A stretch of DNA of 64,000 nucleotides from an uncultured Desulfocapsa sp. (GTDB taxonomy: Bacteria; Desulfobacterota; Desulfobulbia; Desulfobulbales; Desulfocapsaceae). The translations under genes were made by a program, and so were the position numbers. The DNA lies in contig CAMZLK010000056.1 in assembly GCA_947311475.1 (NCBI GenBank), positions 33,765 through 97,764 of the forward strand, in the 5' to 3' direction. This document shows, piece after piece, positions 29,866 through 40,083 of the stretch. Numbering within the stretch: the stretch's first letter is position 1; the number at the start of each line of letters is the position of its first letter. The notes below the pieces were generated by a model. That model worked only from the letters and a program-made list of their open reading frames with translations, did not search any database and was not told the origin of the DNA.

Positions 29866-30872
29866 ATTTTCTGCACCATCCTTTTTCCATCAAAAAAGTC
29901 TACAATGTCAGGCATTTCAGCTTCCAGATATTTTTTCATTTTTTTAAGTAAATTCACTTCTATCTGACGTACGCGCTCCCTTGAAATACCAAAACAATCA
30001 GCTATTGTCTGAAGTGTGAGGGGTTCATCTGTAAGCAACCTCTTTTCAAGGATCATTTTTTCTTTATCGTTGAGTTTTTCTTTTAGAATGGTCAACAGTT
30101 CAGCAAGAGTTGTTTTCATCTCCTCACCGGCCACAATATCTTCAATTTCAGGACCGTTGGAAGGAAGAAAGCTTTTCTGTTCATCATCAGAATCTGATCG
30201 AACAGGGCTTTCTAGTGAGACATCCCAGCTATCCATACGCTGACTCATTTCTATAACTTCACTCTCCTTAACACTTAATCGTTCCGCAAGGAGCTTCACT
30301 TCGGGTTTAAATCCCTGAGCTTCAAGCAGTTTTTTTTCTTTATTAAGGGAAAAAAATAATTTGCGCTGAGCCTGAGTTGTCCCGATTTTTACAAGGCGCC
30401 AATTATCCATGATAAACTTTAGAATGTAGGCCCGAATCCAATATGCGGCATAATAAGAGAATTTTACCCCTCGATAGGGATCGAACTTTTTCGTCGCCTG
30501 CACCAGTCCGACATTTCCCTCCTGGATCAAATCCATAAAATTTTGCATCCAGTATTTTTGAAAATCCATGGCAACTTTTACAACAAGTCGAAGATTAGCA
30601 GAAACAAGCCTGTAAGCAGCATCCTGATCATCTCCTTCTCGAAAGCGAATGGCTAATTCATCCGTTTCTTCACGACTGAGCAGTTCATACTGGCTAATTT
30701 CCTGCAAATATCTGTGCAGCGCAGGATTACTGACTGTTGGAAGGTTTACGTCATCTGGTAAGGCAACCAGAGGATTTTCCATAGGTCCTGTTTCACTCAG
30801 TTTTTTTGTACTTTTCTTTTTCTTAGTCGCTTTTTGGGTAGCTTTCTTTGTAGTTTTTTTCTTTGAGGTCAT
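29862..30872 (-). CDS. rpoH: Sigma-32 (RpoH)-type RNA polymerase sigma factor
   Basis: DLIQEGNVGL, FDP.RG.KFSYYA.YWIRA, RpoH-box-like QAQRKLFFSL, ISRERVRQIE. Confidence 0.85.
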   Translation of the reverse strand: MTSKKKTTKKATQKATKKKKSTKKLSETGPMENPLVALPDDVNLPTVSNPALHRYLQEISQYELLSREETDELAIRFREGDDQDAAYRLVSANLRLVVKVAMDFQKYWMQNFMDLIQEGNVGLVQATKKFDPYRGVKFSYYAAYWIRAYILKFIMDNWRLVKIGTTQAQRKLFFSLNKEKKLLEAQGFKPEVKLLAERLSVKESEVIEMSQRMDSWDVSLESPVRSDSDDEQKSFLPSNGPEIEDIVAGEEMKTTLAELLTILKEKLNDKEKMILEKRLLTDEPLTLQTIADCFGISRERVRQIEVNLLKKMKKYLEAEMPDIVDFFDGKRMVQKI

Positions 30873-31168
30873 ATCCCCTATCTCATATTCGCTCGGATAT
30901 AAATCCGGTGAATTTATTAATCATATTTATATTTACACAATTTTTCATTATTACAACTGATCCAGGAAAAGGCAATCATTATATCCATGCACCAGAAATC
31001 GATTCTTCCTCTTTCTCTTGTGAGCAGGGCTTTATACTCTTATTTATATTCTGCCTTAGATCTTCACTTATGGTACTATATTGTAAATGATGATCAAAAT
31101 TCTATTTTATTGTTCATCTATTTATGCTAAAAGGCATGGTCTTAATAATTTTGCCACAATTTCACAGA

Positions 31169-31235
31169 TGATGGACTCGTAAAACTCTTCATCTTTTTTG
31201 GTGCCTCGAATATGAAGGTTTTTCCAAGTCCATCT
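31169..31235. repeat. Repeat family C, short copy
   Basis: TGATGGACTCGTAAAA...GTGCCTCGAATATGAAGGTTTTTCCAAGTCCATC with a GATGGACT/AGTCCATC inverted repeat; matches 38501. Confidence 0.75.
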
Positions 31236-31266
31236 TGTTTTTCTTCTTTTACTTTTTGTACCTATC

Positions 31267-33060
31267 ATGCAAAACATACGAAACTTTTCAATCATCGCTC
31301 ATATCGATCATGGTAAATCCACCCTTGCAGACCGCATGATCCAGTTATGTCGACAGGTAAGCGATCGAGACTTCAAGGATCAACTTCTTGATAATATGGA
31401 TATTGAGCGGGAACGTGGCATCACCATTAAAAGTCAGACCATCTGTCTGCCTTATACAGCAAAAGATGGAAAAGAATATATTCTCAACCTTGTAGACACC
31501 CCTGGTCATGTGGATTTCAGTTATGAGGTTTCAAGGGCTTTAAGTTCCTGTGAAGGGGCACTGCTTCTCGTCGATGCAGCCCAGGGAGTTGAGGCACAAA
31601 CCCTTGCAAACCTCTACCTTGCCATGGAAAATGATCTTGAAATCATCCCTGTAATTAACAAAATCGACCTGCCATCCGCTGACCCTGATGGGGTCTCGCT
31701 TCAGATAGAAGAAGACCTGGGGCTTGATGGGGAACTTATACAGCAGTGCTCCGCAAAAACAGGTGCCGGAGTAGCTGAAATATTTGAAGCAATCGTCAAA
31801 CATATTCCTCCTCCAAAGGGTGATACGAATGCTCCCCTCCAGGCATTAATATTTGATGCTAATTATGACCCTTTTCGGGGTACTATCATTTCCATAAAAA
31901 TTGTTAATGGTACAATTAAAGCTGGAAATACCATTAAATTCATGTCTAACAATGCAGAATATCGGGTTGAAGAAGTTGGACTGTTCAGGGTAAAACGTGA
32001 AAAAACTAAATTTTTGAGCGCTGGTGATGTCGGTTATATCCTTGCCGGAGTAAAAACCGTCAGCGACACAAGACCTGGAGATACCATCACCCTTGCCGAT
32101 AATCCCTGCCCGAAAGCCCTGGAAGGCTTTAAAGAAGTTCAGCAAGTGGTTTTTTCTTCGATCTATCCAATATCCACAGATGAATATGAGGATCTGGCCA
32201 CCGCCCTTGAGAAACTGCAATTAAACGATGCTGCACTTATTTTTCAAAAAGATACTTCAGCTGCCCTGGGTTTTGGTTTTCGTTGTGGTTTCCTTGGCCT
32301 GCTCCATCTTGAAGTTATTCAGGAACGCCTGGAACGTGAATTTGATATTTCTCTTATCCTTACCGTCCCATCAGTAAAATATAATTTTTACTTAAAAGAT
32401 GAAAGTATACTTGAAGTTGATAATCCTGCCTACTTCCCTGACCCAATGCAAATTGATAGAGTTGAAGAACCCTACATAAAGGCAACCATTCTTATCCCTG
32501 AAAGGTACATGGGAGCACTGATGACCCTTTGCATGGAACGTCGGGGAGAAAACACCAACTATCACTATCCAATGCCAGGACGAATAGAGTTCACCTGTGA
32601 ACTGCCACTTGCCGAAGTAATTTATGATTTTTATGATAAACTGAAATCGATCACTCAAGGGTACGGTTCTTTTGACTATGAACTCTATGATTACAGGAAA
32701 AGTGATCTGGTGAAACTCGATATTCTTGTTAATGGGGAAATCGTCGATGCCCTGTCCCAACTAGCGCATCGTGATAACGCAAGGGCTCGTGGATTACGAG
32801 CCTGCGAACGTCTAAAAGAAGAAATACCAAGGCAAATGTTTAAAATTGCCATCCAGGCAGCCATAGGTGGCACCATCGTTGCGAGAACTAATATCTCAGC
32901 ACTTCGGAAAGATGTCACAGCAAAATGTTATGGCGGTGATATTACCAGGAAACGAAAGCTCCTTGAGAAACAAAAAGCCGGAAAAAAACGTATGAAGACT
33001 GTTGGTAATGTTGACATTCCCCAGAAAGCCTTCCTTGCCGTCCTGAAATCGGATCAATAA
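31267..33060 (+). CDS. lepA: Elongation factor 4
   Basis: IRNFSIIAHIDHGKSTLADR, DTPGHVDF, GFRCGFLGLLH, KCYGGDITRKRKLL. Confidence 0.97.
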   Translation: MQNIRNFSIIAHIDHGKSTLADRMIQLCRQVSDRDFKDQLLDNMDIERERGITIKSQTICLPYTAKDGKEYILNLVDTPGHVDFSYEVSRALSSCEGALLLVDAAQGVEAQTLANLYLAMENDLEIIPVINKIDLPSADPDGVSLQIEEDLGLDGELIQQCSAKTGAGVAEIFEAIVKHIPPPKGDTNAPLQALIFDANYDPFRGTIISIKIVNGTIKAGNTIKFMSNNAEYRVEEVGLFRVKREKTKFLSAGDVGYILAGVKTVSDTRPGDTITLADNPCPKALEGFKEVQQVVFSSIYPISTDEYEDLATALEKLQLNDAALIFQKDTSAALGFGFRCGFLGLLHLEVIQERLEREFDISLILTVPSVKYNFYLKDESILEVDNPAYFPDPMQIDRVEEPYIKATILIPERYMGALMTLCMERRGENTNYHYPMPGRIEFTCELPLAEVIYDFYDKLKSITQGYGSFDYELYDYRKSDLVKLDILVNGEIVDALSQLAHRDNARARGLRACERLKEEIPRQMFKIAIQAAIGGTIVARTNISALRKDVTAKCYGGDITRKRKLLEKQKAGKKRMKTVGNVDIPQKAFLAVLKSDQ

Positions 33061-33082
33061 GAGAAAGAGAAAAGGAGTTCCC

Positions 33083-33361
33083 TTACTTCTTACAACCCAC
33101 ATCTTTCATGGGACATTTCTGCTCACCAAGAACATTCACCCCTTTTTGAGCCATAATGCTTAAAAGCTCCTCTTTACTAAACTGAGAATCTTTCTGTTTA
33201 GAAACATAAACAAGACAATCTTTGCAGATATTAAACGAGTATGGATCAACTTCTTCAATAATCTCCCAACACAATTTTGATGTATTGTCTTTTGCAGGAC
33301 ATTTTTGAGACTCGTGGCATTTCATGATCTCCCAACAAGGCCATTCAGAACGAAGTGACAT
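33083..33361 (-). CDS. Small Cys-rich protein with two CW motifs
   Basis: WPCWEIMKC..QKCPA....LCWE...CKDC.VY pattern; AGGAG RBS. Confidence 0.65.
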   Translation of the reverse strand: MSLRSEWPCWEIMKCHESQKCPAKDNTSKLCWEIIEEVDPYSFNICKDCLVYVSKQKDSQFSKEELLSIMAQKGVNVLGEQKCPMKDVGCKK

Positions 33362-33400
33362 ACGAACATCTCCTTACACTATTCATGCATAGAAACTACT

Positions 33401-33513
33401 CTAACGCAGATAAACTGCAAGTAAGTGCCTTGTTACTATTGATAACGGTTTGATACTATTTACTCTCACATATTCTTGTTTTTTATTGCAGGAATTATGG
33501 AGTAAGGCACTAA
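33401..33513 (+). repeat. Repeat family A, copy 3
   Basis: CTAACGCAGATAAACTGCAAGTAAGTGCC...TATTCTTGTTTTTTATTGCAGGAATTATGGAGTAAGGCACTAA. Confidence 0.85.
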
Positions 33514-33568
33514 AACTATAGAGTAACAATGTGGGCTTGCGTATTCTACCTACTACAAAAATAGAAAA

Positions 33569-34156
33569 TTACCCGATTTCAGCAAAACTTGCAAGAGCAG
33601 TCTCAAGCTCTTCTTTTCCAAAACTGTTTTTAGCTGAAAAGATAATGCGTTGATTACTGTTCAGGCTATGACCGGCATCGAGGGCTGATGCATGTTTTTG
33701 TTTTTTGTTCCCCGAAAGTTTATCTGCTTTTGTATAAACAGGCAAGCAGGGAATGTTCCGTTGCTTTAGCCATGAGATAAGCTGCGTATCCTGAACTTTT
33801 GCACCATGGCGGATGTCCATGATGACCACAACACAGCACAGCGTAGAACGTGTTTCAAGATAGGCAGTTATCAATGCCTGCCAATTATCTTGCATTCCAC
33901 GCGCCACTTTAGCAAAACCATATCCAGGCAGATCAACAAGATACACCTTTTCAGGAATCTCAAAAAAATTAAGCCCCTGTGTTTTTCCTGGTCTTCCACT
34001 CACCTTTACCATGCTTTTCCTGCCAACCAGGGTATTGATGAGGGATGATTTACCCACGTTGGATCGTCCGGCAAAAGCTATTTCCGGCAATGTCGCAGGT
34101 GGCAATTGAGCCAACTTATGAACACTCAACAGAAATCTTATATCCACAAACTTCAT
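33569..34156 (-). CDS. engB: Ribosome biogenesis GTPase YihA/YsxC
   Basis: [25 protein letters not shown]. Confidence 0.93.
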   Translation of the reverse strand: MKFVDIRFLLSVHKLAQLPPATLPEIAFAGRSNVGKSSLINTLVGRKSMVKVSGRPGKTQGLNFFEIPEKVYLVDLPGYGFAKVARGMQDNWQALITAYLETRSTLCCVVVIMDIRHGAKVQDTQLISWLKQRNIPCLPVYTKADKLSGNKKQKHASALDAGHSLNSNQRIIFSAKNSFGKEELETALASFAEIG

Positions 34157-35025
34157 ATAACTTTACTTAGATGATACTCAATGATTCCTTCAGCACCACC
34201 TTTTGTAAGTGCAGGAATCAGATCACGTACCAGATCTGACGAAACAACCGTTTCAACGGAAAACCAATCTGCATTATATAAATTGGCAACTGTGGGCGCA
34301 TTCAGACTAGGCAATAATTCAATAACTGTTTTTAGTTTGGTCTCAGGAACATTCATCTTCAGCCCCACTATTCTTTCTGCTTTTAATGATCCCTGAAGCA
34401 TTAGTGCAATATTTTCAATTTTTTCACGTTTCCAGGGAACATTCCATGCGTCTTTATTGGCAATAAACTGAGTATTGGATTCCATCAATTCATAAATGAT
34501 CCGTAAACCATGGGCCCTGATTGTGCTCTCAGTTTCGGTGACCTCAACAATGGCATCAACAAGACCGGAGACGACTTTAGCCTCTGTTGCCCCCCAGGAA
34601 AATTCTATATCAACGTTGATATTTTTATCAGCAAAAAAACGTTTACTCACGTTCACAAGTTCAGTGGAAATTTTTTTACCCTCAAGATCTTCTATACACT
34701 GAATCTCGGAATCACCTTTTACAGCAATAACCCAGCGAGTTGGCTTACGGCTCACCTTGGAATATACAAGTTCCGTAACCAATATTGCATCAGACTGATT
34801 TTCCATGGTCCAGTCTTTTCCTGTGATGCCGGCATCAAGCATTCCAGACTCAACGTAACGTGACATTTCCTGAGGACGACATATTGAACAGGCAAGTTCA
34901 GGATCATCAATTTCTGGAAAATAATTTCTCGATTTAGGCTTAATCAGCCAACCGGCTTTTTCAAAAAGTTCTATGGTTGCTTTTTCAAGACTTCCTTTGG
35001 GCAACCCAAGTTTAAGTTCATTCAT
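34153..35025 (-). CDS. hisG: ATP phosphoribosyltransferase (long form)
   Basis: [42 protein letters not shown]-terminal regulatory domain; ATG after GGAG. Confidence 0.93.
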   Translation of the reverse strand: MNELKLGLPKGSLEKATIELFEKAGWLIKPKSRNYFPEIDDPELACSICRPQEMSRYVESGMLDAGITGKDWTMENQSDAILVTELVYSKVSRKPTRWVIAVKGDSEIQCIEDLEGKKISTELVNVSKRFFADKNINVDIEFSWGATEAKVVSGLVDAIVEVTETESTIRAHGLRIIYELMESNTQFIANKDAWNVPWKREKIENIALMLQGSLKAERIVGLKMNVPETKLKTVIELLPSLNAPTVANLYNADWFSVETVVSSDLVRDLIPALTKGGAEGIIEYHLSKVI

Positions 35026-35069
35026 ACTCTTCTCCAAACGATTTATTCAACCAGTACTGACTGTCGGTG

Positions 35070-35453
35070 TTATTTATTCCCGTAGACGTCAGCTGGATCA
35101 AAAACTTTCTTTTCAATTATTTGCAGTTCATTATTCACAATACGCCTGAAAAAACAGGAACCATAACCCTTATGACAGGCAGCACCACCAAGCTGTTCTA
35201 CTTTAAATACCACTGTGTCCTGATCACAGTCCACAAGAATTTCACGGATTAGTTGCACATGGCCCGACGATTCACCTTTGAGCCATAGTTGCTGACGGGA
35301 TCTACTCCAGTAGTGGGCCTTGCCTGTGGACAAGGTTTTGTCCCACGACTCCTTATTAATGTAGGCAAGCATTAATACATTGCCACTTTCTGAATCCTGC
35401 ACAATGGCGGGCAGAAGCCCATCACTATTTTTTGAAAAATCAAGATTTATCAT
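35070..35453 (-). CDS. hisI: Phosphoribosyl-AMP cyclohydrolase
   Basis: [34 protein letters not shown]. Confidence 0.93.
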   Translation of the reverse strand: MINLDFSKNSDGLLPAIVQDSESGNVLMLAYINKESWDKTLSTGKAHYWSRSRQQLWLKGESSGHVQLIREILVDCDQDTVVFKVEQLGGAACHKGYGSCFFRRIVNNELQIIEKKVFDPADVYGNK

Positions 35454-35455
35454 AT

Positions 35456-35626
35456 TTACTCTTCCTGGACAGCTTTCTTCTTTTTCTGTGCCTGCTCTCT
35501 TTTACGTTCTTTTCCAATATAATTAATCATACAGGATTGTCTGGTCTGGCAGTAGTCATCAGGATGACGGCATTCTGCCTCTTCAGATTCCATGGATTCT
35601 TTAAATTTTTCGCATTCCAGTATCAT
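35456..35626 (-). CDS. Unannotated 56-aa four-Cys protein leading the hisI-hisG-engB operon
   Basis: GGAGTAGGGG RBS; [59 protein letters not shown]; stops 2 nt before the hisI ATG. Confidence 0.7.
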   Translation of the reverse strand: MILECEKFKESMESEEAECRHPDDYCQTRQSCMINYIGKERKREQAQKKKKAVQEE

Positions 35627-35700
35627 CCCCTACTCCGTTTCCAGGTACAGTTGGCTCAAATGTTATACGGATCTTTCTTAAACCGGTGTAAAGCCAGCGC

Positions 35701-35729
35701 AATGTATGACTCTCTCTATCATTTGTCAA
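35701..35729 (-). promoter_or_regulatory. Sigma70-type promoter for the small ORF-hisI-hisG-engB unit
   Basis: On the minus strand, TTGACA-17 nt-TACATT. Confidence 0.5.
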
Positions 35730-35886
35730 GAAACAGCTCCATTAATCACAAAAGAAGATCAACAAAGCAGGTTCCTTGCCAGTAAACATTGCCAAAGTAT
35801 ACATGATGGTTTAGATTATGGCGTTGAAAAAATATATCACAATTAACACCTTTTCCATACAGATTGAAGGAGCATTAGTTCTTCAC

Positions 35887-36333
35887 ATGAAGCAGATACA
35901 AAAAAATGACACCGTAACTGTCACACTCATTGGCACACTGGATAATGAGACAGTCTTTGAAAGCATCGACAAATCAAATCCTCTTGTTATCCAACTCGGA
36001 GAAGAAGACACACCAAAACCTATTCAACGAATACTTTTGGGAATGCAGGTTGGAGAAATGCGAAAAGTCCGCCTTGAGCCGGAAGAAGGTGCCTATGGCA
36101 TACGACGCAGCGACCTCATTCAAGAAATCCCCAAAACACAATTCACAAGTAAAATTGAGCCCAAAGTGGGACTTATCATTTCCATGAATGTTGAGACTGC
36201 CGGCGTCAACCATCAGATTCCTGCTACCATTGTTGAACTCAAAGAGGACAGTATTCTCATAGATTATAACCATCCCCTCGCTGGTCATCCGCTTAACTAC
36301 GAAATAACCATTCTTGAAATCAGTCCATCTTAA
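35887..36333 (+). CDS. FKBP-type peptidyl-prolyl isomerase (SlyD/FkpB-like)
   Basis: LGMQVGE...V.LEPEEGAYG, IDYNHPLAGHPL.YEI motif. Confidence 0.85.
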   Translation: MKQIQKNDTVTVTLIGTLDNETVFESIDKSNPLVIQLGEEDTPKPIQRILLGMQVGEMRKVRLEPEEGAYGIRRSDLIQEIPKTQFTSKIEPKVGLIISMNVETAGVNHQIPATIVELKEDSILIDYNHPLAGHPLNYEITILEISPS

Positions 36334-36611
36334 GAACAATCAACCTTATAATAAAGGTATCAACCCTCTTTTTCCCAATTTATCCCTTTTATCATAACCT
36401 GTATTCAGTAAGTCAGGGAAATGAGCCATTCAACAACATGCGTTATTCTCCTCTTTTTCGTTAATTCATTTTTTTTTAAAATTCCCTGTACATTCAATTA
36501 AGCCAAAGTATAGAATATATTATTCATGTTTTTTCTGGATATTTTATTTTTATAAAACAGTTGGGTAATTAGTTATCCCGCAACTATCCAGTTTATGGCA
36601 GGAATCGGTTT

Positions 36612-38497
36612 ATGCAAATTGAAGATAATGAGATACTACAGGGATTTACAGAAGAATCACTTGAACATCTTGCCGACATAGAAAACGATCTTCTTGCCAT
36701 TGAAGAAGATGGTGCCGATATCGATGAAGATCTGGTTAACAAGGTATTCAGAGCAGCACATTCCATTAAAGGCGGTGCTGGATTTATGGGGCTCACCGTC
36801 ATCCAGGATCTTTCCCATGTGATGAAAAATGTACTTGGGCTCATTCGAAGCAGCAAATTAATTCCAATGAATATGATATTGAAGAACATCTTATTCCTTT
36901 AAATGCCATATATAACGGAGATATCGGGCAGGCTTCCCCTGCAGAAGATGCGGCAGTTGAAACAGAGCCGGCAGTTGAGGAAAGCATAGAGGCTCCGGTT
37001 GTTGAAACAACACCTGAACCAGCAAAAGAAGAACCTGTTCCTGAAGCTGCACCACAAGCCGCTCCCGAACCACCACCAGAGCCAGTTGTCCAGGCACCAC
37101 CTGTAAAGCCACCACCTCCAGCTCCTAAAAAAGCAGAGTCAAAAACACCTGCACCTAAAAAAACTGCCGGCAAAGTAAAAGTTGACTCCAGCATCAGAGT
37201 TCATGTCAGTCTTCTCGATTCACTGATGACACTTGCAGAAGAACTCGTACTCAGCCGGAACCAACTCCTCCAGCAAATATCCTCTGGAGATGTTATGAAC
37301 GCCGAGAACGTTGGCCAACGAATAGATTTGATAACCTCTGAATTGCAGGGAACAATAATGCTTACGCGCATGCAGCCAATAGGAAACGTTTTTGGAAAAT
37401 TTCCACGAGTTGTGCGCGATCTTTCTTCCAAACTAAACAAAGAGATTGATCTTACAATTGTAGGTAAAGATGTTGAACTCGACAAGACTATCATCGAATC
37501 CATCAATGCCCTCCTCACACATCTTGTCCGAAATTCAGTGGATCATGGTATTGAATTACCCGAAGATAGAAAACGACTGGGTAAACCTTCAAGAGGCATT
37601 GTTACCCTAAAAGCCTATCATGCAGCAGGACAGGTTGTTATTGAAACCATTGATGACGGTAAAGGTCTTGACGGTGAAGTCCTGGCCGAAGCTGCTATCA
37701 ATAAGGGACTCATCACACCAGAACAGGCACAATTAATGTCTGAGAAGGAAAAAGTTAAACGTTCGGATATCGAAGAACTTGGTGGTAAGCGTGTTGTGCA
37801 ATATCGAGGTGGAAGCCTTTCCCTTATAGCAGTTGACGACGTGGCAATGGTTCAACCCATTGCGGATAATGATGACTTACTTGTCATTGTCTTTAACATT
37901 GCTTCTCAAATTATTGGGCTCCTTGCCATTGGACCAATTGATGCCATGGAAATTTCAGTGTCAGTGGATGAGAGCACCTTAAAACAACATGGAATAATGG
38001 GATCAACGATCATTGATGGTGAAACAACAATGCCTGTTGATATTTATGAAGTGGTTGGAACCCTTTTCCCGGAATGGTTTGAAGATCAGGAAATTTATGA
38101 GGTCGAAGAAGAAGGTGGCTCAACGCCCACTATTTTAATTGCTGAAGATTCCAACTTTTTTAGAACCCAGGTAAAGAATTACATGAAAGAATCCGGATAT
38201 GATGTGTTAGCAGGAGAAGACGGTGCACTGACATGGGAGCTGCTTCAGGAACATGCTGACGAGGTGACGATGGTTGTGACCGATATTGAAGTGCCGAATA
38301 TGAATGGTCTTGAGCTCACAGAAACCATAAGAAGAGACCCAAGATTTAAAGATCTACCGATTATTGCCCTCACCACTCTTGCCGGTGATGAAGATGTTGC
38401 AAAGGGTAAGGCCGTCGGTATCGACGAGTATCATATTAAACTGGACAAAGAAAAACTTATGGCATCTGTTCATCATTACGCAAAACAGGTTCATTAA
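36612..38497 (+). pseudogene. cheA: Degraded cheA (Hpt / linker / dimerisation / truncated ATPase / CheW / receiver)
   Basis: Hpt (FRAAHSIKG) shifts frame near 36865. The Pro-rich linker and IRV..LD.LM continue in the 37226 frame. The ATPase has N and G1 boxes but lacks F/G2 boxes, jumping EKEKV to KRSDIE near 37756. Confidence 0.85.
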
Positions 38498-38500
38498 GAA

Positions 38501-38657
38501 TTGATGGACTCGTAAAAACTCTTCCTCTTCTTCGTTACTGCAAATTTACAATCTTTTCAACGTGCCTTAGCACTTCGAAAAGATTATAAATTTCCATGCC
38601 TCGAATATGAAGATTATTCCAAGTCCATCCCATTTTCAACTTTTACGACGTTATCAA
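38501..38657. repeat. Repeat family C, full copy (MITE-like)
   Basis: Imperfect TIR TTGATGGACTCGTAAAAA / TTTTTACGACGTTATCAA (14/18); internal GCCTCGAATATGAAG...CCAAGTCCATC shared with 31201. Confidence 0.75.
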
Positions 38658-38697
38658 TATTTGACAAACCATTTTCTTTCTGCAGGAGTAGTGTTGA

Positions 38698-39162
38698 ATG
38701 GCCAATAAAAAGGAAGTAACAAATCAAAATCTTGTCGAATTATCAACTTTTCTTGTTGGTGATGCACTCTGTGGAATGGATATTCTCAAGATACAGGAGA
38801 TCAATAAACTGATAGATATGACATCAGTTCCGCAAGCTCCCAGTTATGTCCTGGGTATTCTCAACTTACGTGGGCAGATCATTACCAGTATTGATTTGAG
38901 CAAAAAACTTGGTCTTGGAGAAACAAATCTTTCTCATGATCCCAGAAATATCATTGTGAACTCAAGAGGTGAACATATTGGTCTTCTGGTAAAAAAAATC
39001 AGTGATGTTGTTCAGGCTGATACCACAAAATTCGAGCCACCTCCTTCAAATATGGGTGGAATCCAGGGTGAGTTTTTCACAGGGGTCTATAAAACCACAG
39101 ACAAACTTATTGGAATCCTTGATGTTGAAAAAGTTTTACACCTGGAAACGAAATCAAAATGA
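38698..39162 (+). CDS. cheW: Chemotaxis coupling protein CheW
   Basis: VPQAPSYVLGILNLRGQI, GLLVKKISDV, LDVEKVL. Confidence 0.9.
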   Translation: MANKKEVTNQNLVELSTFLVGDALCGMDILKIQEINKLIDMTSVPQAPSYVLGILNLRGQIITSIDLSKKLGLGETNLSHDPRNIIVNSRGEHIGLLVKKISDVVQADTTKFEPPPSNMGGIQGEFFTGVYKTTDKLIGILDVEKVLHLETKSK

Positions 39163-39341
39163 TAATAGGAAAAAAACTTCGTGTACTTGTGGTTGATGAC
39201 ACCATTGTTTACCGCAAGTCTGTATCTGACGTCCTTTCTCTGATCCCTGGTATTGAGGTTGTAGGTGTTGCTCACAACGGTAAAATTGCTATGTCAAAAA
39301 TCGTAAGCCTTAAGCCCAGAAAAAAAATTGAGGTTCTGTGA
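39159..39341 (+). pseudogene. cheB: Truncated cheB (first ~50 aa of the receiver domain only)
   Basis: LRVLVVDDTIVYRKSVSDVL...VVGVAHNGKIA...LKP, then breaks before the phospho-Asp; no methylesterase domain. Confidence 0.8.
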
Positions 39342-39913
39342 TGAATAATCTTACCATACTTGTTGTCGATGATGATCCTGTTATCAGAAGACTCCTGGAA
39401 CAGCGCCTTATAAACGAGAATTATGGAGTGCTGGTCGCCGAGGATGGTTCCAAAGGAAACGATATACTTTTACACAATCACGTCGATGTCGTTCTCACAG
39501 ACCTCATGATGCCAGGTGATATTGATGGCATTGGTGTTTTAGAGTTTGCCAAAGAGCTTGAACGAGACATTGAAGTTATTCTTATTACTGCACATTCTTC
39601 AGTTGACACTGCTATTGAAGCCATGAAAAAAGGTGCCTCTGACTATCTTGAGAAGCCTATCAATTTCACAGAGCTCTTTTTAAGGCTGGAAAAAATCGAC
39701 ACCATGCGGGGTTTGCTTCGCAGTGCTGAGGATCTGCGCCAGGCCATGGATGTCACAGAAAACACTGCAGCATCCACAATTCAAAATCTTGAAATTGTAG
39801 TAGGAACCCTGCAGGGCCAGATAGACAATATCGAAGCCATTCTGACCTCCGACGCAAAAACAGCAGGGGAAAAAATTTCGAAATCCTTAGATATTATTTC
39901 AAAATGGAAATAA
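39338..39913 (+). CDS. Response regulator (receiver plus short helical C-terminus)
   Basis: ILVVDDD, TDLMMPG, ITAHSS, YLEKP. Confidence 0.85.
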   Translation: MMNNLTILVVDDDPVIRRLLEQRLINENYGVLVAEDGSKGNDILLHNHVDVVLTDLMMPGDIDGIGVLEFAKELERDIEVILITAHSSVDTAIEAMKKGASDYLEKPINFTELFLRLEKIDTMRGLLRSAEDLRQAMDVTENTAASTIQNLEIVVGTLQGQIDNIEAILTSDAKTAGEKISKSLDIISKWK

Positions 39914-39921
39914 TAACCTAA

Positions 39922-40083
39922 GAGCTTGTCCGAGAATAGACATTTCGGAGTCTCGTTCCTCACTTACCTGGTCAAAATCGAAGAATTTTCAGAAAATAAG
40001 CGCAGCCATATGATTGATATTGCAAGCATTATTTTTTGACAATTCTGAAGAGTTTGGGAAAAAGGGCATTCTCGGACACGCTC
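39922..40083. mobile_element. MITE, family B (IS5-like ends), complete 162-bp copy
   Basis: 16-bp TIR GAGCTTGTCCGAGAAT / ATTCTCGGACACGCTC (15/16), flanked by CTAA and CTAG; no ORF. Confidence 0.75.
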
